DNA from: Macrostomum lignano
Lineage: Eukaryota
DNA length: 64,000 nt
Direction of reading: 5' to 3'
NCBI GenBank assembly: GCA_002269645.1
Contig: NIVC01004000.1
Location: 1,789 to 65,788 of the forward strand
In this document: in pieces, positions 36,500-46,439 of the stretch
Layout of the letters: every line of letters begins with the position of its first letter
How positions within the stretch are numbered: position 1 is the stretch's first letter
Program-made: the position numbers and the translations under genes
The notes under the pieces: generated by a model
Told to the model about the DNA's origin: nothing
The model's database searches: none
The model's input: only the letters and a program-made list of their open reading frames with translations

Positions 36500-37670
36500 G
36501 TGGGGGGGGGGTAAGACTGCAAGTTAGAGAGTACAGTGTCCGTCAGAGTGGTGGCTGAGCAGCAGGTCGGTGAGCTGGGGCCCGGTGCCCCGTGTGTGGG
36601 CACGCAGGCAGAGGCCGATCAACATCTGGCGTCGTCTCTGCGACCACGCGGGTCCGGGCCGCCAGCTCGGCGTTGCTCACGCGCTCGGGGAACCGGATGC
36701 CCAGGGCATTGTGCATGAGGTGGCGATGGCAGCCCTCCAAGCTCGCCTGACGAGTGGCAGTCATGGGAACAGCTACCAGCAGCCCGTAGGTCAGCACCGT
36801 CTCAACTGCCGAGCGGAATAGGGCGACGTTCAGGCTGTCGGTGGCGAGCCAGTAGTTGAAGATGGAGCGGAGAAGGTGGGAGGCCCACCAGGCTGTGCTT
36901 GCGGTTGTTGACAATGACATCCGGGTCAGAGACCAGGACACCCCAGATACTTGAACTGGTTGCACAGGGCGATGGTGTTGCTGTCCGGCAGAAGCAGCAG
37001 TGGAGAGTTGGCAATGCCAACATGCAGCACCTCTGCCTTGCCGTAGTTGATGTGGAGCCCCACGCGCTTCCCCTCGTTGGTCCGCCGACTCACCGCCGTC
37101 TGCGCAGCTTTGAGACTGCAGCAGGTCAGCGCCAGGTCGTCGGCGCAGGCGAGGCAGGTCGGCTTGACGCAGGCAAAGCGGGAGCTACGGCGAAGCACCA
37201 CTTCATAGCCGTCTTCATCGCGCAGAGCCAACCGCATGACGAAGTCGATCAGGATGACGAATACAAACAGGTGTCGCTTTGCGGAAGTGGTTGTCAATTC
37301 AGCTTTAGGGCCGTGGTCAGTCTAGACGAAAGCGCCTTGGATGAGCTGTAGAGGTCCATGATCGCCTGGACCAGCATCTGAGAAACTCCATGCTGCTGGA
37401 GGAGCTACGCAATGGCCTGGCCGCCCGGCTGACTGAGTCAAAAGCTTTGCACAAATCTGCAAAAACAATTGACACCGCCTTTTGGCGAGTCTTGCAGGTG
37501 TCTATGATGCACCGGACCGCAGCGACTTGTTTTTGCTGTTGACCGTCCAGGTTGGAAGCCGTTCTGGATATTGAGAAGCCTCTGGTTGATGATGGGTTGA
37601 ATGCGGTTTCGAAGGATGGTGTTAGGACTTTGGCCAGGGTGCACTCCAGGGCGAAGTGACTGATATTGAC
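36500..37670 (-). pseudogene. Degenerate non-LTR (LINE) reverse transcriptase, RTE/RTEX-like
   Basis: Frameshifted pieces IQNGFQPGRST, SIVFADLCKAFDSVSR, FVILIDFVMR, CLACADDLAL, VGLHINYGKAEVL, QFKYLG. Confidence 0.85.
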
Positions 37671-37789
37671 GTACGATATTGACCCACAATATTGACGTAC
37701 ACTGTCGTTTCCTTTACTCACATTTCGAGTTCATACTAGCAAATATTGACTTAATGTTCCCACTTTTATACCTTCATTTTATTTATTCT

Positions 37790-38362
37790 AATTGTGTTGT
37801 ACTTCCGGATGTGCTTCGCGGATTGCTAGCTGGATTACGCTGGGGTGATTGGCCAGGTGCACGCTGTAGCCGCCTTCAGAGAGCCAGCGCTGAGAAGACT
37901 GATCCGACACCAACCTTTGTGAACTGTAGTCTGTTCCCCGGCGGTGTGCGTTGTTGTTTTTTTAGAAGCTCATACGACTTGCCTCCCACGCTGGGATTAG
38001 CTGCATCGATTGGGAAAATACCAGCCCACCTGCTACGTGTATCACATTCCTGGGAGTGCAAATCGACAGCACATCCGGTCTAGCTGCTATCCCTGCCGCA
38101 GAGCAAGACAGATGAGCTGCGGATGTTGCTGCGTGGAGGTTTGAGCGCTAAGAGTCTGTCAAAGCTTCAACTTCAAAAGCTGGTGGGCAAAATCGGCTGG
38201 TTTTTGCAAGGTGGCTCGCCCCGCTCGAGTCTTTCTGCGAGCTCGAATTGACGTCACCAACACCATCAATGGGTGTCATCGCCGGATTCCCGTGGCGGGC
38301 GAGCTCCGCGTTCAACTGGACTGGTGGCAGCATGGCCTTCCGCCTTTCCATGCAATCGTCTC
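37790..38362 (+). pseudogene. DIRS/Ngaro-type (tyrosine recombinase retrotransposon) pol remnant
   Basis: TSPPATCITFLGVQIDS, LPQSKTDELR, LSKLQLQKLVGKIGWF, ARVFLRARID..RRIPVAGELRVQLDWW resemble the DIRS RT C-terminal/connection region; frameshifted. Confidence 0.7.
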
Positions 38363-39118
38363 TGGTGCTAAAGCCCCTGGTGCTAAAGCCCCTGGTGCTA
38401 AAGCCCCTGGTGCTAAAGCCCCTGGTGCTAAAGCCCCTGGTGCTAAAGCCCCTGGTGCTAAAGCCCCTGGTGCTAAAGCCCCTGGTGCTAAAGCCCCTGG
38501 TGCTAAAGCCCCTGGTGCTAAAGCCCCTGGTGCTAAAGCCCCTGGTGCTGAAGCATTTGGTGCTAAAACCACTGGTGCTAAAGCACTTGGTGCTAAAGCC
38601 ACTGGTGCTAAAACCACTGGTGCTAAAACCACTGGTGCTAAAGCCACTGGTGCTAAAACCACTGGTGCTAAAACCACTGGTGCTAAAGCCACTGGTGCTA
38701 AAGCCACTGGTGCTAAAACCATTGGTGCTAAAGCCACTGGAGCTAAAGCCACTGGTGCTAAAGCCACTGGTGCTAAAGCCACTGGTGCTAAAGCCACTGG
38801 TGCTAAAGTCCCTGGTGCTAAAGCCACTGGTGCTAAAACCATTGGTGCTAAAGCCCCTGGTGCTAAAGCCCCTGGTGCTAAAGCCCCTGGTGCTAAAGCC
38901 CCTGGTGCTAAAGCCCCTGGTGCTAAAGCCCCTGGTGCTAAAGCCCTTGGTGCTAAAGCCCCTGGTGCTAAAGCCCCTGGTGCTAAAGCCCCTGGTGCTA
39001 AAGCCCCTGGTGCTAAAACCACTGGTGCTAAAACCACTGGTGCTAAAGCCACTGGTGCTAAAGCCCCTGGTGCTAAAGCCACTGGTGCTAAAACCACTGG
39101 TGCTAAATATCCTGGTGC
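38363..39118. repeat. 15-bp minisatellite CTGGTGCTAAAGCCC
   Basis: About 50 copies, reading GAKAP/GAKTT in the DIRS frame. Confidence 0.97.
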
Positions 39119-39547
39119 TGACGCTTCAGCGCCCTCCATAATTAATCCTACCCGGCAGCTTACACTCCTGCAAGCTGAAACCGAGCAGTCCGTGCCAGCG
39201 GTAATTGCCATAGCAGTTTTTTTCTCTCTAATACCACAATAGACAATACAGTGCTGCACAAATAGCTCGTACTTCTCTATCCTCTTGAAAATCGCAATAC
39301 ATCTAATTGAATGAGAAATTGCAATAAAACAGGCAATTAAAAATGAGTTAAAACACTGTCCTGTGTATTATTTATAAACCGATCCAGTAAAGTAAACGAA
39401 ATTAAATTTCCTGACCAGTAGAACTCTAGAATATTAACAAAACTTCTCAGGCTTTTGTCTTGAGCTGCGCCTTAAACTGTCAATTATCTCGGTTTCGTCC
39501 TTAATAAATAAAACTGCAGCTGATGGTTGCGGAGCGGTCTCCGCAAT

Positions 39548-40096
39548 CTAGAGGATTATTTGCGTACCAGTGGTGGTGGCCACAATGCCTGCGATCTTCT
39601 TCTCGCCTTTCTTCTTCCGCTGCTCCAGCAGAGACTCCTGCTTGGTGCGCTCGGTTGCTATGGTTTCAAGGAGCTGTTTGTTTCGCTGTCGCATTTTCGC
39701 TTTGGCCTCGTCCAATTTCTTCTTGTATTCTTTTTCTTCTGCCTCCTGCTTTTTCTTCTTTTCGGCTTCGTCAGTTTCCTCTTTCGGCTTTTTCTTTAGC
39801 GTGTAAGACTTGTAGAACTCTTTCACTGTTAATATAGCATGGGGAAAAGTGTGTTTTGTCAGAGTCTGTTCATAAACTGACTGACTTTTTAAGGCTTTGT
39901 CATCACGGCTGTTAATGGCATGAAATTCCCCTCTTATAGTCCTTTTTACTGTTTTTACTGAATGAAAACATGCGGTTGGAATTGCCAACTCACCCTTATT
40001 GACCGCCGCTTTGCATCCGCTGCTATAGTCCGGCAGCACAGCTAGCAGAATGACTGCCAGCAACAGGCATTTCATCGACCATTTCAATAGCACCAT
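39548..40096 (-). CDS. P2: secreted charged-helix protein, 126 aa spliced (182 aa if the intron is retained)
   Basis: Exon 1 40096-39994 MVLLKWSMKCLLLAVILLAVLPDYSSG|CKAAVNK, donor gtgagt (phase 1); acceptor ttaacag at 39826; exon 2 39825-39548 ..EEKEYKKKLDEAKAKMRQRNKQLL..RKKKGEKKIAGIVATTTGTQIIL. Confidence 0.85.
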   Translation of the reverse strand: MVLLKWSMKCLLLAVILLAVLPDYSSGCKAAVNKGELAIPTACFHSVKTVKRTIRGEFHAINSRDDKALKSQSVYEQTLTKHTFPHAILTVKEFYKSYTLKKKPKEETDEAEKKKKQEAEEKEYKKKLDEAKAKMRQRNKQLLETIATERTKQESLLEQRKKKGEKKIAGIVATTTGTQIIL

Positions 40097-40542
40097 TTCA
40101 AGCTAATCTGATTTGCAGTCCGAGCTTCTTCTTCTAGCCCGCGTCTCGCAAAGTGCACTTTTGTCTACCTAACTATGATTTTCTCAGCCGCTTCTTTACC
40201 TGTGAGTGAGCCCATAGATAGGGTGGCTGCTGTAGACTGTGGGCAATCTTTTAACTATTAACTGTGCATGTTTTATGGCTAGCAAACTCTGCGAGTTCGC
40301 AATCGATCAAAACGTAAATTTTAACAAAAAAAACTTTGCGAACTTTAGTCCCAGAGATGCCAACCGGAAAAAAACACATGCTAAACTTTCAAAGTCAACC
40401 ATGCACTTGGATGACATTGTTGACTTATCAAGTTTGCAAAGTATCATTGTCATGAACTTAAACAGTATATGCAATGCTTTTGTCAAAGTTCAATCGACTT
40501 GAAAAGTTTACAAAGTACACGCCTGTCTCTACATCCAAGTAC

Positions 40543-41240
40543 CAAGGACGACTTAAGTAGAAGGACGGGAAACCTCGTTTCTTAGAAAATTTTTGAAGGC
40601 ACTTTTTCCCGAAAAAATACACTACGGAGATAGGAAATTTTCATTTTTTCAGCACAAAAATTGCTATTACTTTTGATAGGAGGCAGATCCAGTGCTCATC
40701 TTTTGATATGTTGTGCCTTTTTTATTGCTCTATCGATATTTATAAAGCTTTTAGTTCAGAAAATTAGGATTATATGTCAATTTTTTATTCTACGTACATT
40801 TCCTGTATCTGAAAATCACAAAAATGCATGACACAGCTCCAATATTTGCTTTTATGAACCTGTTTTATCATCTCTGTTACGAATATTTGCTAAACAGTCA
40901 GTTAAGAATGATAAAATAGACTTCTAAAACCAAAGAGCCGAGCCGTGGCATTCTAATGTATTTCAATCACAAGACACGTGGAAATATACGGAGAATAAAA
41001 AATTTACATAGAATCCTAATTTTCTGAACTAAAAGCTTTGTAAATATCGATAGAGCAATAAAAAAGGCACAACATATCAAAAGATGAGCACTGGATCTGC
41101 CTCCTATCAAAAGTAATAGCAATTTTTGTGCTGAAAAAATGAAAATTTCCTATCTCCGTAGTGTATTTTTTCGGGAAAAAGTGCCTTCAAAAATTTTCTA
41201 AGAAACAAGGTTTCCCGTCCTTCTACTTAAGTCGTCCTTG
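40543..41240. mobile_element. Foldback MITE with CAAGG termini, P-superfamily-like, 698 bp
   Basis: About 255-bp near-perfect TIRs; 8-bp TSD CCAAGTAC at 40535-40542 and 41241-41248. Confidence 0.92.
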
Positions 41241-41774
41241 CCAAGTACTTGGAAAGTACTTATCGAATGTACTTTACTTAGGCTGTCCTCGCCACGAGGT
41301 TCCATTGTTGACTTATCAAGTAATTAGCAAGTTTGGTTTGTTTTTTCCTCGGGCAGGCACAACCCCCCTTGGAAGCAGTGTTGCTTTCGCTTTTCTGTGA
41401 TCTTCCTCTCCATGCAGCCACGGTGTGCACATGTACTTTTAACCTGATAAGCAATTAATAGGAAAGTCAAGTAAAGTTTTTCGAAATTCACTGCCGCCAC
41501 ACTTAGTGGAACATGAGTCTGTATTCTGTCTAACTGTAATTGTTGAAAGTGTTTAAGCATTTTTCCAGCATCAGATAAACTAAATACAAAAGTTGCCAAT
41601 GCTAATGAAACAACTACGAGTATAAATGCATTACAGAGGCCTTAAAATGTAGAGGAAATCAAATTGCACTCAATTAACAAATGAAAGCTGGAAAGAAATA
41701 GTAAATGTCTGTCATGGTGTACTAAGCGTAGAGATTGTAAGGTCGTAGCCAACATTTTTGTCCGTGGCCGGCTT

Positions 41775-43521
41775 CTATTTGTATGTGACAGGAGGCGGAG
41801 CGCTCTCGCTTTGCATCCGATTCTTCTTGTTATTTGTGTAGCCCAAACTGACACCACCAATGGTACCGGCGGCAAGCATTCCAGTGCCAACACTGATTCC
41901 GGCTGTTTTTGTCGCACTGGGGCTTTTTTTAGCTGTTTTGCCCACCTTCTCGGCGCTTTGGGCAATATCGGCGGCCGCTTTCGGCGCCTTCTTTCCGCGT
42001 CCGAATACTCGACCGACGCGCCTGCCAACCGCCTTGACCGCTGCGTGCGAATTAGAAGCGGGTTGGGGTTGCGGCTCTCAGTTTCGGATCAGTGCCTGCC
42101 TATACTATAGTTGTAACAATATTCACAGGGGACTGTAGCCTAGTGGTTCAAGGTCGGGGGTTCGATTCCTGATCCTACTGGAACAATTTGTGTCCTTGAG
42201 AAAGACACTTAACCTCTGCATAGCTTCAGTTCACCCAGCTGTAAAATGGGTGCCAGCATTAGCTGGGGTAATTGAGGCTGTGTGTGGCGACCCCCCAGTC
42301 CTTGGACTGAACAGCCGCTGAGATAACTGCGGCTGAGCTGTCGGTTGCACATATTTCCATTACGGCAGCACAAAGTCCCGAGCACATTTAAGTGCGCCAA
42401 TATCAAAACTTTTCGGCCTATGATATAAGCATTCTTTCTTTCAGAATTAAATCTTAGCAGCGCATTCGAGGCCACTCGGCAACTCCCCCATACGCCCCCG
42501 AACCAAATGGGTGATTCCCTATGAGCCCTGAATCAATTAACAGGGTGATTCCTCTAGAGGCCTGAACCTACTAGGTGATTCCCTATGAGCCCTGAACCAA
42601 CTGGGTGATTCCCTATGAGCCCTGAACCAACTGGGTGATTCCCTATGAGCCCTGAATCAATTAACAGGGTGATTCCTCTAGAGGCCTGAACTTACTAGGT
42701 GATTCCCTATGAGCCCTGAACCAACTGGGTGATTCCCTATGAGCCCTAAATCAATTAACAGGGTGATTCCTCTAGAGGCCTGAACCTACTAGGTGATTCC
42801 CTATGAGCCCTGAACCAACTGGGTGATTCCCTATGAGCCCTAAACCAACTGGGTGATTCCTCATGAGCCCTGAACCAACTGGATGATTCCCCTCATGAGC
42901 TCTGAACCAACTGGGTGATTCCTCATGAGCCCTGAACCAACTGGGTGACTCCTCATGAGCCCTGAACCAACTGGGTGATTCCTCATGAGCTCTGAACCAA
43001 CTGGGTGATTCCTCATGAGCTCTGAACCAACTGGGTGATTCCTCATGAGCCCTGAACCAACTGGGTGATTCCTCATGAGCCCTGAACCAACTGGGTGACT
43101 CCTCATGAGCCCTGAACCAACTGGGTGATTCCTCATGAGCCCTGAACCAACCGGGTGATTCCCCCCATGAGCCCTGAACCAACTGGGTGATTCCTCATGA
43201 GCCCTGAACCAACCGGGTGATTCCCCCCATGAGCCCTGAACCAACTGGGTGATTCCTCATGAGCCCTGAACCAACCGGGTGATTCCCCCCATGAGCCCTG
43301 AACCAACCGGGTGATTCCGCAAGAGCACTACTGTAAACCAATTTTGATACTAATGCCAATTGGGTAATTCTCTTATGCATTATAGTATAATTTCTAATTT
43401 TAAGGCACATAAGCAAGGCTGACTACTTACCACCTTTCAATTTCCTAAAGCAGCCATCGCCAGGTTCGATGAGGATCACCAGCACAATGGTAAATAACAA
43501 TGCTAATCTTATGTAACCCAT
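41775..43521 (-). CDS. P3: secreted cationic amphipathic peptide precursor, 118 aa
   Basis: Exon 1 43521-43431 MGYIRLALLFTIVLVILIEPGDG|CFRKLKG, donor gtaagt; exon 2 42040-41775 (A)VKAVGRRVGRVFGRGKKAPKAAADIAQSAEKVGKTAKKSPSATKTAGISVGTGMLAAGTIGGVSLGYTNNKKNRMQSESAPPPVTYK. The ORF track gives the wrong frame here. Confidence 0.88.
42128..42352 (+). mobile_element. CORE-type SINE, family B copy with internal head deletion, inside the P3 intron
   Basis: TAGCCTAGTGGTT..GGTTCGATTCC..GTGTCCTTGAG..CAGTTCACCCAGCTGTAAAATGGGTGCCAG. Confidence 0.85.
42500..43316. repeat. 29-32-bp minisatellite TCATGAGCCCTGAACCAACTGGGTGATTCC (P3 intron)
   Basis: About 27 copies. Confidence 0.95.
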
Positions 43522-43954
43522 TATAGGTCCCAGTTATTCTCTACTCTCTTGTATGACTGCTCTATTGAAGTGATATTTCTACCAAGATGACAACTACAAC
43601 CGGCAAGTGATGCATCGAGGCTCAAGTTGCTTTTTTCGGCAATCAAATTTTTAGCGATTTCAAGCATTTAGGTTGATAGTAGATTACCATAGACATGATC
43701 TGACTGCCGTATAATAATAAAAAAGTCCCTTTATTAAAAAAGTAACAAATTACTGCAGCAAACAACAAGCTCTTATTCACTGCACCAGTATAATTATAAT
43801 TAGTCGTCTTGCAGTTTTGTTCGAGATAGAATTAAGTAAAACTTAAGCAAAGACCACCTTTGCAATGCATTTAAATGTTTATATTCGAATAAATGACATT
43901 ATTACGCTGTGGTTTATTTTATTCTGATCACCAAGGCGGATGGTGATGGGTGGG

Positions 43955-44216
43955 TGGTTACCAAGGTGGATGATTACCAAGGTGGGTGATTACCAAGGTG
44001 GGTGATTACCAAGGTGGATGATTACCAAGGTGGACGATTACCAAGGTGGGTGATTACCAAGGTGGGTGATTACCAAGGTGGGTGATTACCAAGGTGGGTG
44101 ATTACCAAGGTGGGTGATTACCAAGGTGGGTGATTACCAAGGTGGATGATTACCAAGGTGGGTGATTACCAAGGTGGGTGATTACCAAGGTGGGTGATTA
44201 CCAAGGTGGGTGATTA
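43955..44216. repeat. 16-bp tandem repeat CCAAGGTGGGTGATTA
   Basis: About 16 copies between P4 and P3. Confidence 0.95.
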
Positions 44217-44725
44217 CGCGACCCGCCAATTAAAGTCGCAGGATGGTAGACAGGCGTGGCAGCGAGGTCCTCGAGTGCAGAGCCATAAGTGGAGAACCAA
44301 ATAAAAACGAAACTTAAGTTAGAAGACTACTGTGCAAGCTTAAAAGAATTGAGTACATAGTCACTATAAGAATATATGAGATATAATCTGTGAAGCACAA
44401 CTGAAACTGTCTAAGAAGCTTTATTTATATTATATGTTAAAACTAAAGTCACGAGTCCTCTGCCGATGACATACCGGTAAAAATAACATCCAGTAAAACA
44501 AAATTTACAAAAACACATTTCAACTGCTCAAAGTGCAATTTTGGCAAACTACGTAGATCTGGATCTAATTTAAAAGAAACTGTGCTGATTTAAAAATAAA
44601 TTTTAAAAGAAAAATTTTTGGTAAATTGGCTATATACTTAACAATTGAATACGCAACGAGTATTTCGAGTATAAGAATACCGCAAAGTACACATTATTTC
44701 CTTATGCATGTCTGTGCAGGGTCTC

Positions 44726-46114
44726 TTAGTGGGTGACGTACGAACCGCTGCTCATGCCTTTTTTCTTCTCTTTTTCCCCCACGTACACGGCGCCCCCCAG
44801 TGCCGCACCTCCAACCGTGCCACCAATGAGGAGCGAGCGCGCCGTGCTGAAGCTCTTGGACTTCTTGGCCACCTTGCCAACGTCGTCCGCAGAATTCGCA
44901 ATGACTTTGGCGGCTTTTGGGCGTCTGGCTATTTTGAACACCTTGCCGACTCTCTTGAAAGCTGGGGGCGCGAGAAGTTTTGTTAGAATGAAATGAATGA
45001 ATGCCCAGTGGCATTTAGAAAATAATAGCAATAAAAATTGGGATACGCTTCGGCGACATCTTCCCGCAGCCGCAGCCCTGAGGCAATTCTGCATGCAAGC
45101 GCGCCTCACACAGGGTGTACACAAGCGCGCCTCACACAGGGTGTACACAAGCGCGCCTCACACAGGGTGTACACAAGCGCGCCTCACACAGGGTGTACAC
45201 AAGCGCGCCTCACACAGGGTGTACACAAGCGCGCCTCACACAGGGTGTACACAAGCGCGCCTCACACAGGGTGTACACAAGCGCGCCTCACACAGGGTGT
45301 ACACAAGCGCGCCTCACACAGGGTGTACACAAGCGCGCCTTACTCGAAATCTAATGGTAAATGTTTTGAAGGCAACTTTTCGCCTTTATATTGGTCTTGT
45401 AATTATTTTAAACTTTTTTTTAAGTGACAGACCAATTTAACATAAAAAATCGATTAATGCGTCGTTAGAGCAGCATGTGAGGCACAAAATAGTGTGATTA
45501 GAACTTTCTCTGACACTATTAAGAGACCCAATCACTGTTTTAGTGTTGAAAATCGGGAAATTTCCTATCTCCTTTGTGTATTTTTCCGGTGAAACCGCTG
45601 CCTTTAAAACCATTTCTGGACGAAAAGCTTTATGAATATCGATAGAGCAATAAAAAAAGGCACAACATATCAAAATATGAACACTGGATCTGCCTCCTAT
45701 CAAAAGCAATAACAATTTTTGTGCTACAAAGATTAAATCCTCTTATCTCTCTAGTGTATTTTTCGGCGAAAAGTTGCCGTCAAAATATTTACCATTAGAT
45801 TTCGAGTGTTGCGTTCTTCTACTTAAGTTGTCCTTGGGTGTACAGCGGCCCTTTGACTGTCTAATCATCAGGCATGTACACTTTCTGTGCCCGAATCGCA
45901 CGACAGCTCCCTCCCGCGTTGATCTCAGTACGAGCGTGTTAAAAAAGGCCGTATGAATTCGAACAGTCTCAAGTTTTACCAATTTCATTGCCAACTGCAA
46001 GACTGACTACTTACCACCTTTCAAAGCCTTCAATTTCTTGACACAGCCTTCACCAGGTTCGATGAGGATCACCAGCACAATGCTAAATAGCAATGCTAAT
46101 CTTATGCATCCCAT
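44726..46114 (-). CDS. P4: secreted cationic amphipathic peptide precursor, 111 aa
   Basis: Exon 1 46114-46015 MGCIRLALLFSIVLVILIEPGEG|CVKKLKALKG, donor gtaagt; exon 2 44961-44726 (A)FKRVGKVFKIARRPKAAKVIANSADDVGKVAKKSKSFSTARSLLIGGTVGGAALGGAVYVGEKEKKKGMSSGSYVTH. Confidence 0.9.
45096..45339. repeat. 26-bp tandem repeat CAAGCGCGCCTCACACAGGGTGTACA
   Basis: Nine perfect copies plus a 10-nt partial copy. Confidence 0.97.
45122..45836. mobile_element. Second, diverged copy of the CAAGG foldback MITE family (P4 intron)
   Basis: Right end CTACTTAAGTTGTCCTTG and sub-terminal block match 40543-41240; 8-bp TSD GGTGTACA at 45114-45121 and 45837-45844; left end replaced by the 26-bp array. Confidence 0.8.
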
Positions 46115-46439
46115 TTAGGTTGCAGTTAAGTTATTTTTTAAACAGACACTCCTGTAGGGCTGTTGAAGAACAGATTAAACCGATATTTCTACGAAGATTA
46201 CGAAAAAGTTTTGTTGGCAATAAATAAATTTCGTTGGTTTGACAATAAATTGCCATAGACAATTTTAAATTGGCATCTTAAGAAAGACGCCGCTCATCTA
46301 AAATGCGATCAGAAGCAAACAGGAGAAACTGAGAGTAGGTGGGCTTGTTAAAATTGTGTTTTGACACAGCCTATGTCAAATTATTTATTGTAAAAAGCCT
46401 ACAGCGTCATCAAAACAGCATGACGTTAGAATCTAAGAC

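Noticed and set aside
38211-39259. GAKAP/VLKPL/PGALA repeat proteins as genuine genes
   Set aside because: Open in three frames because of a stop-free 15-bp unit; no ATG start; flanks are retroelement remnant.
41642-42138. ORF-track proteins at 41642-42028(-), 41811-42110(+) and 41860-42138(+)
   Set aside because: Shadow frames of P3 exon 2, whose real frame has no start codon and is entered by splicing.
45840-45900. Hammerhead ribozyme in the dispersed repeat (CTGATGA on the minus strand)
   Set aside because: No properly placed GAAA or stem II/III; other copies read CTGACGA or CCGATGA. Also considered for the 80-bp array at 22113 and rejected for lack of a core.
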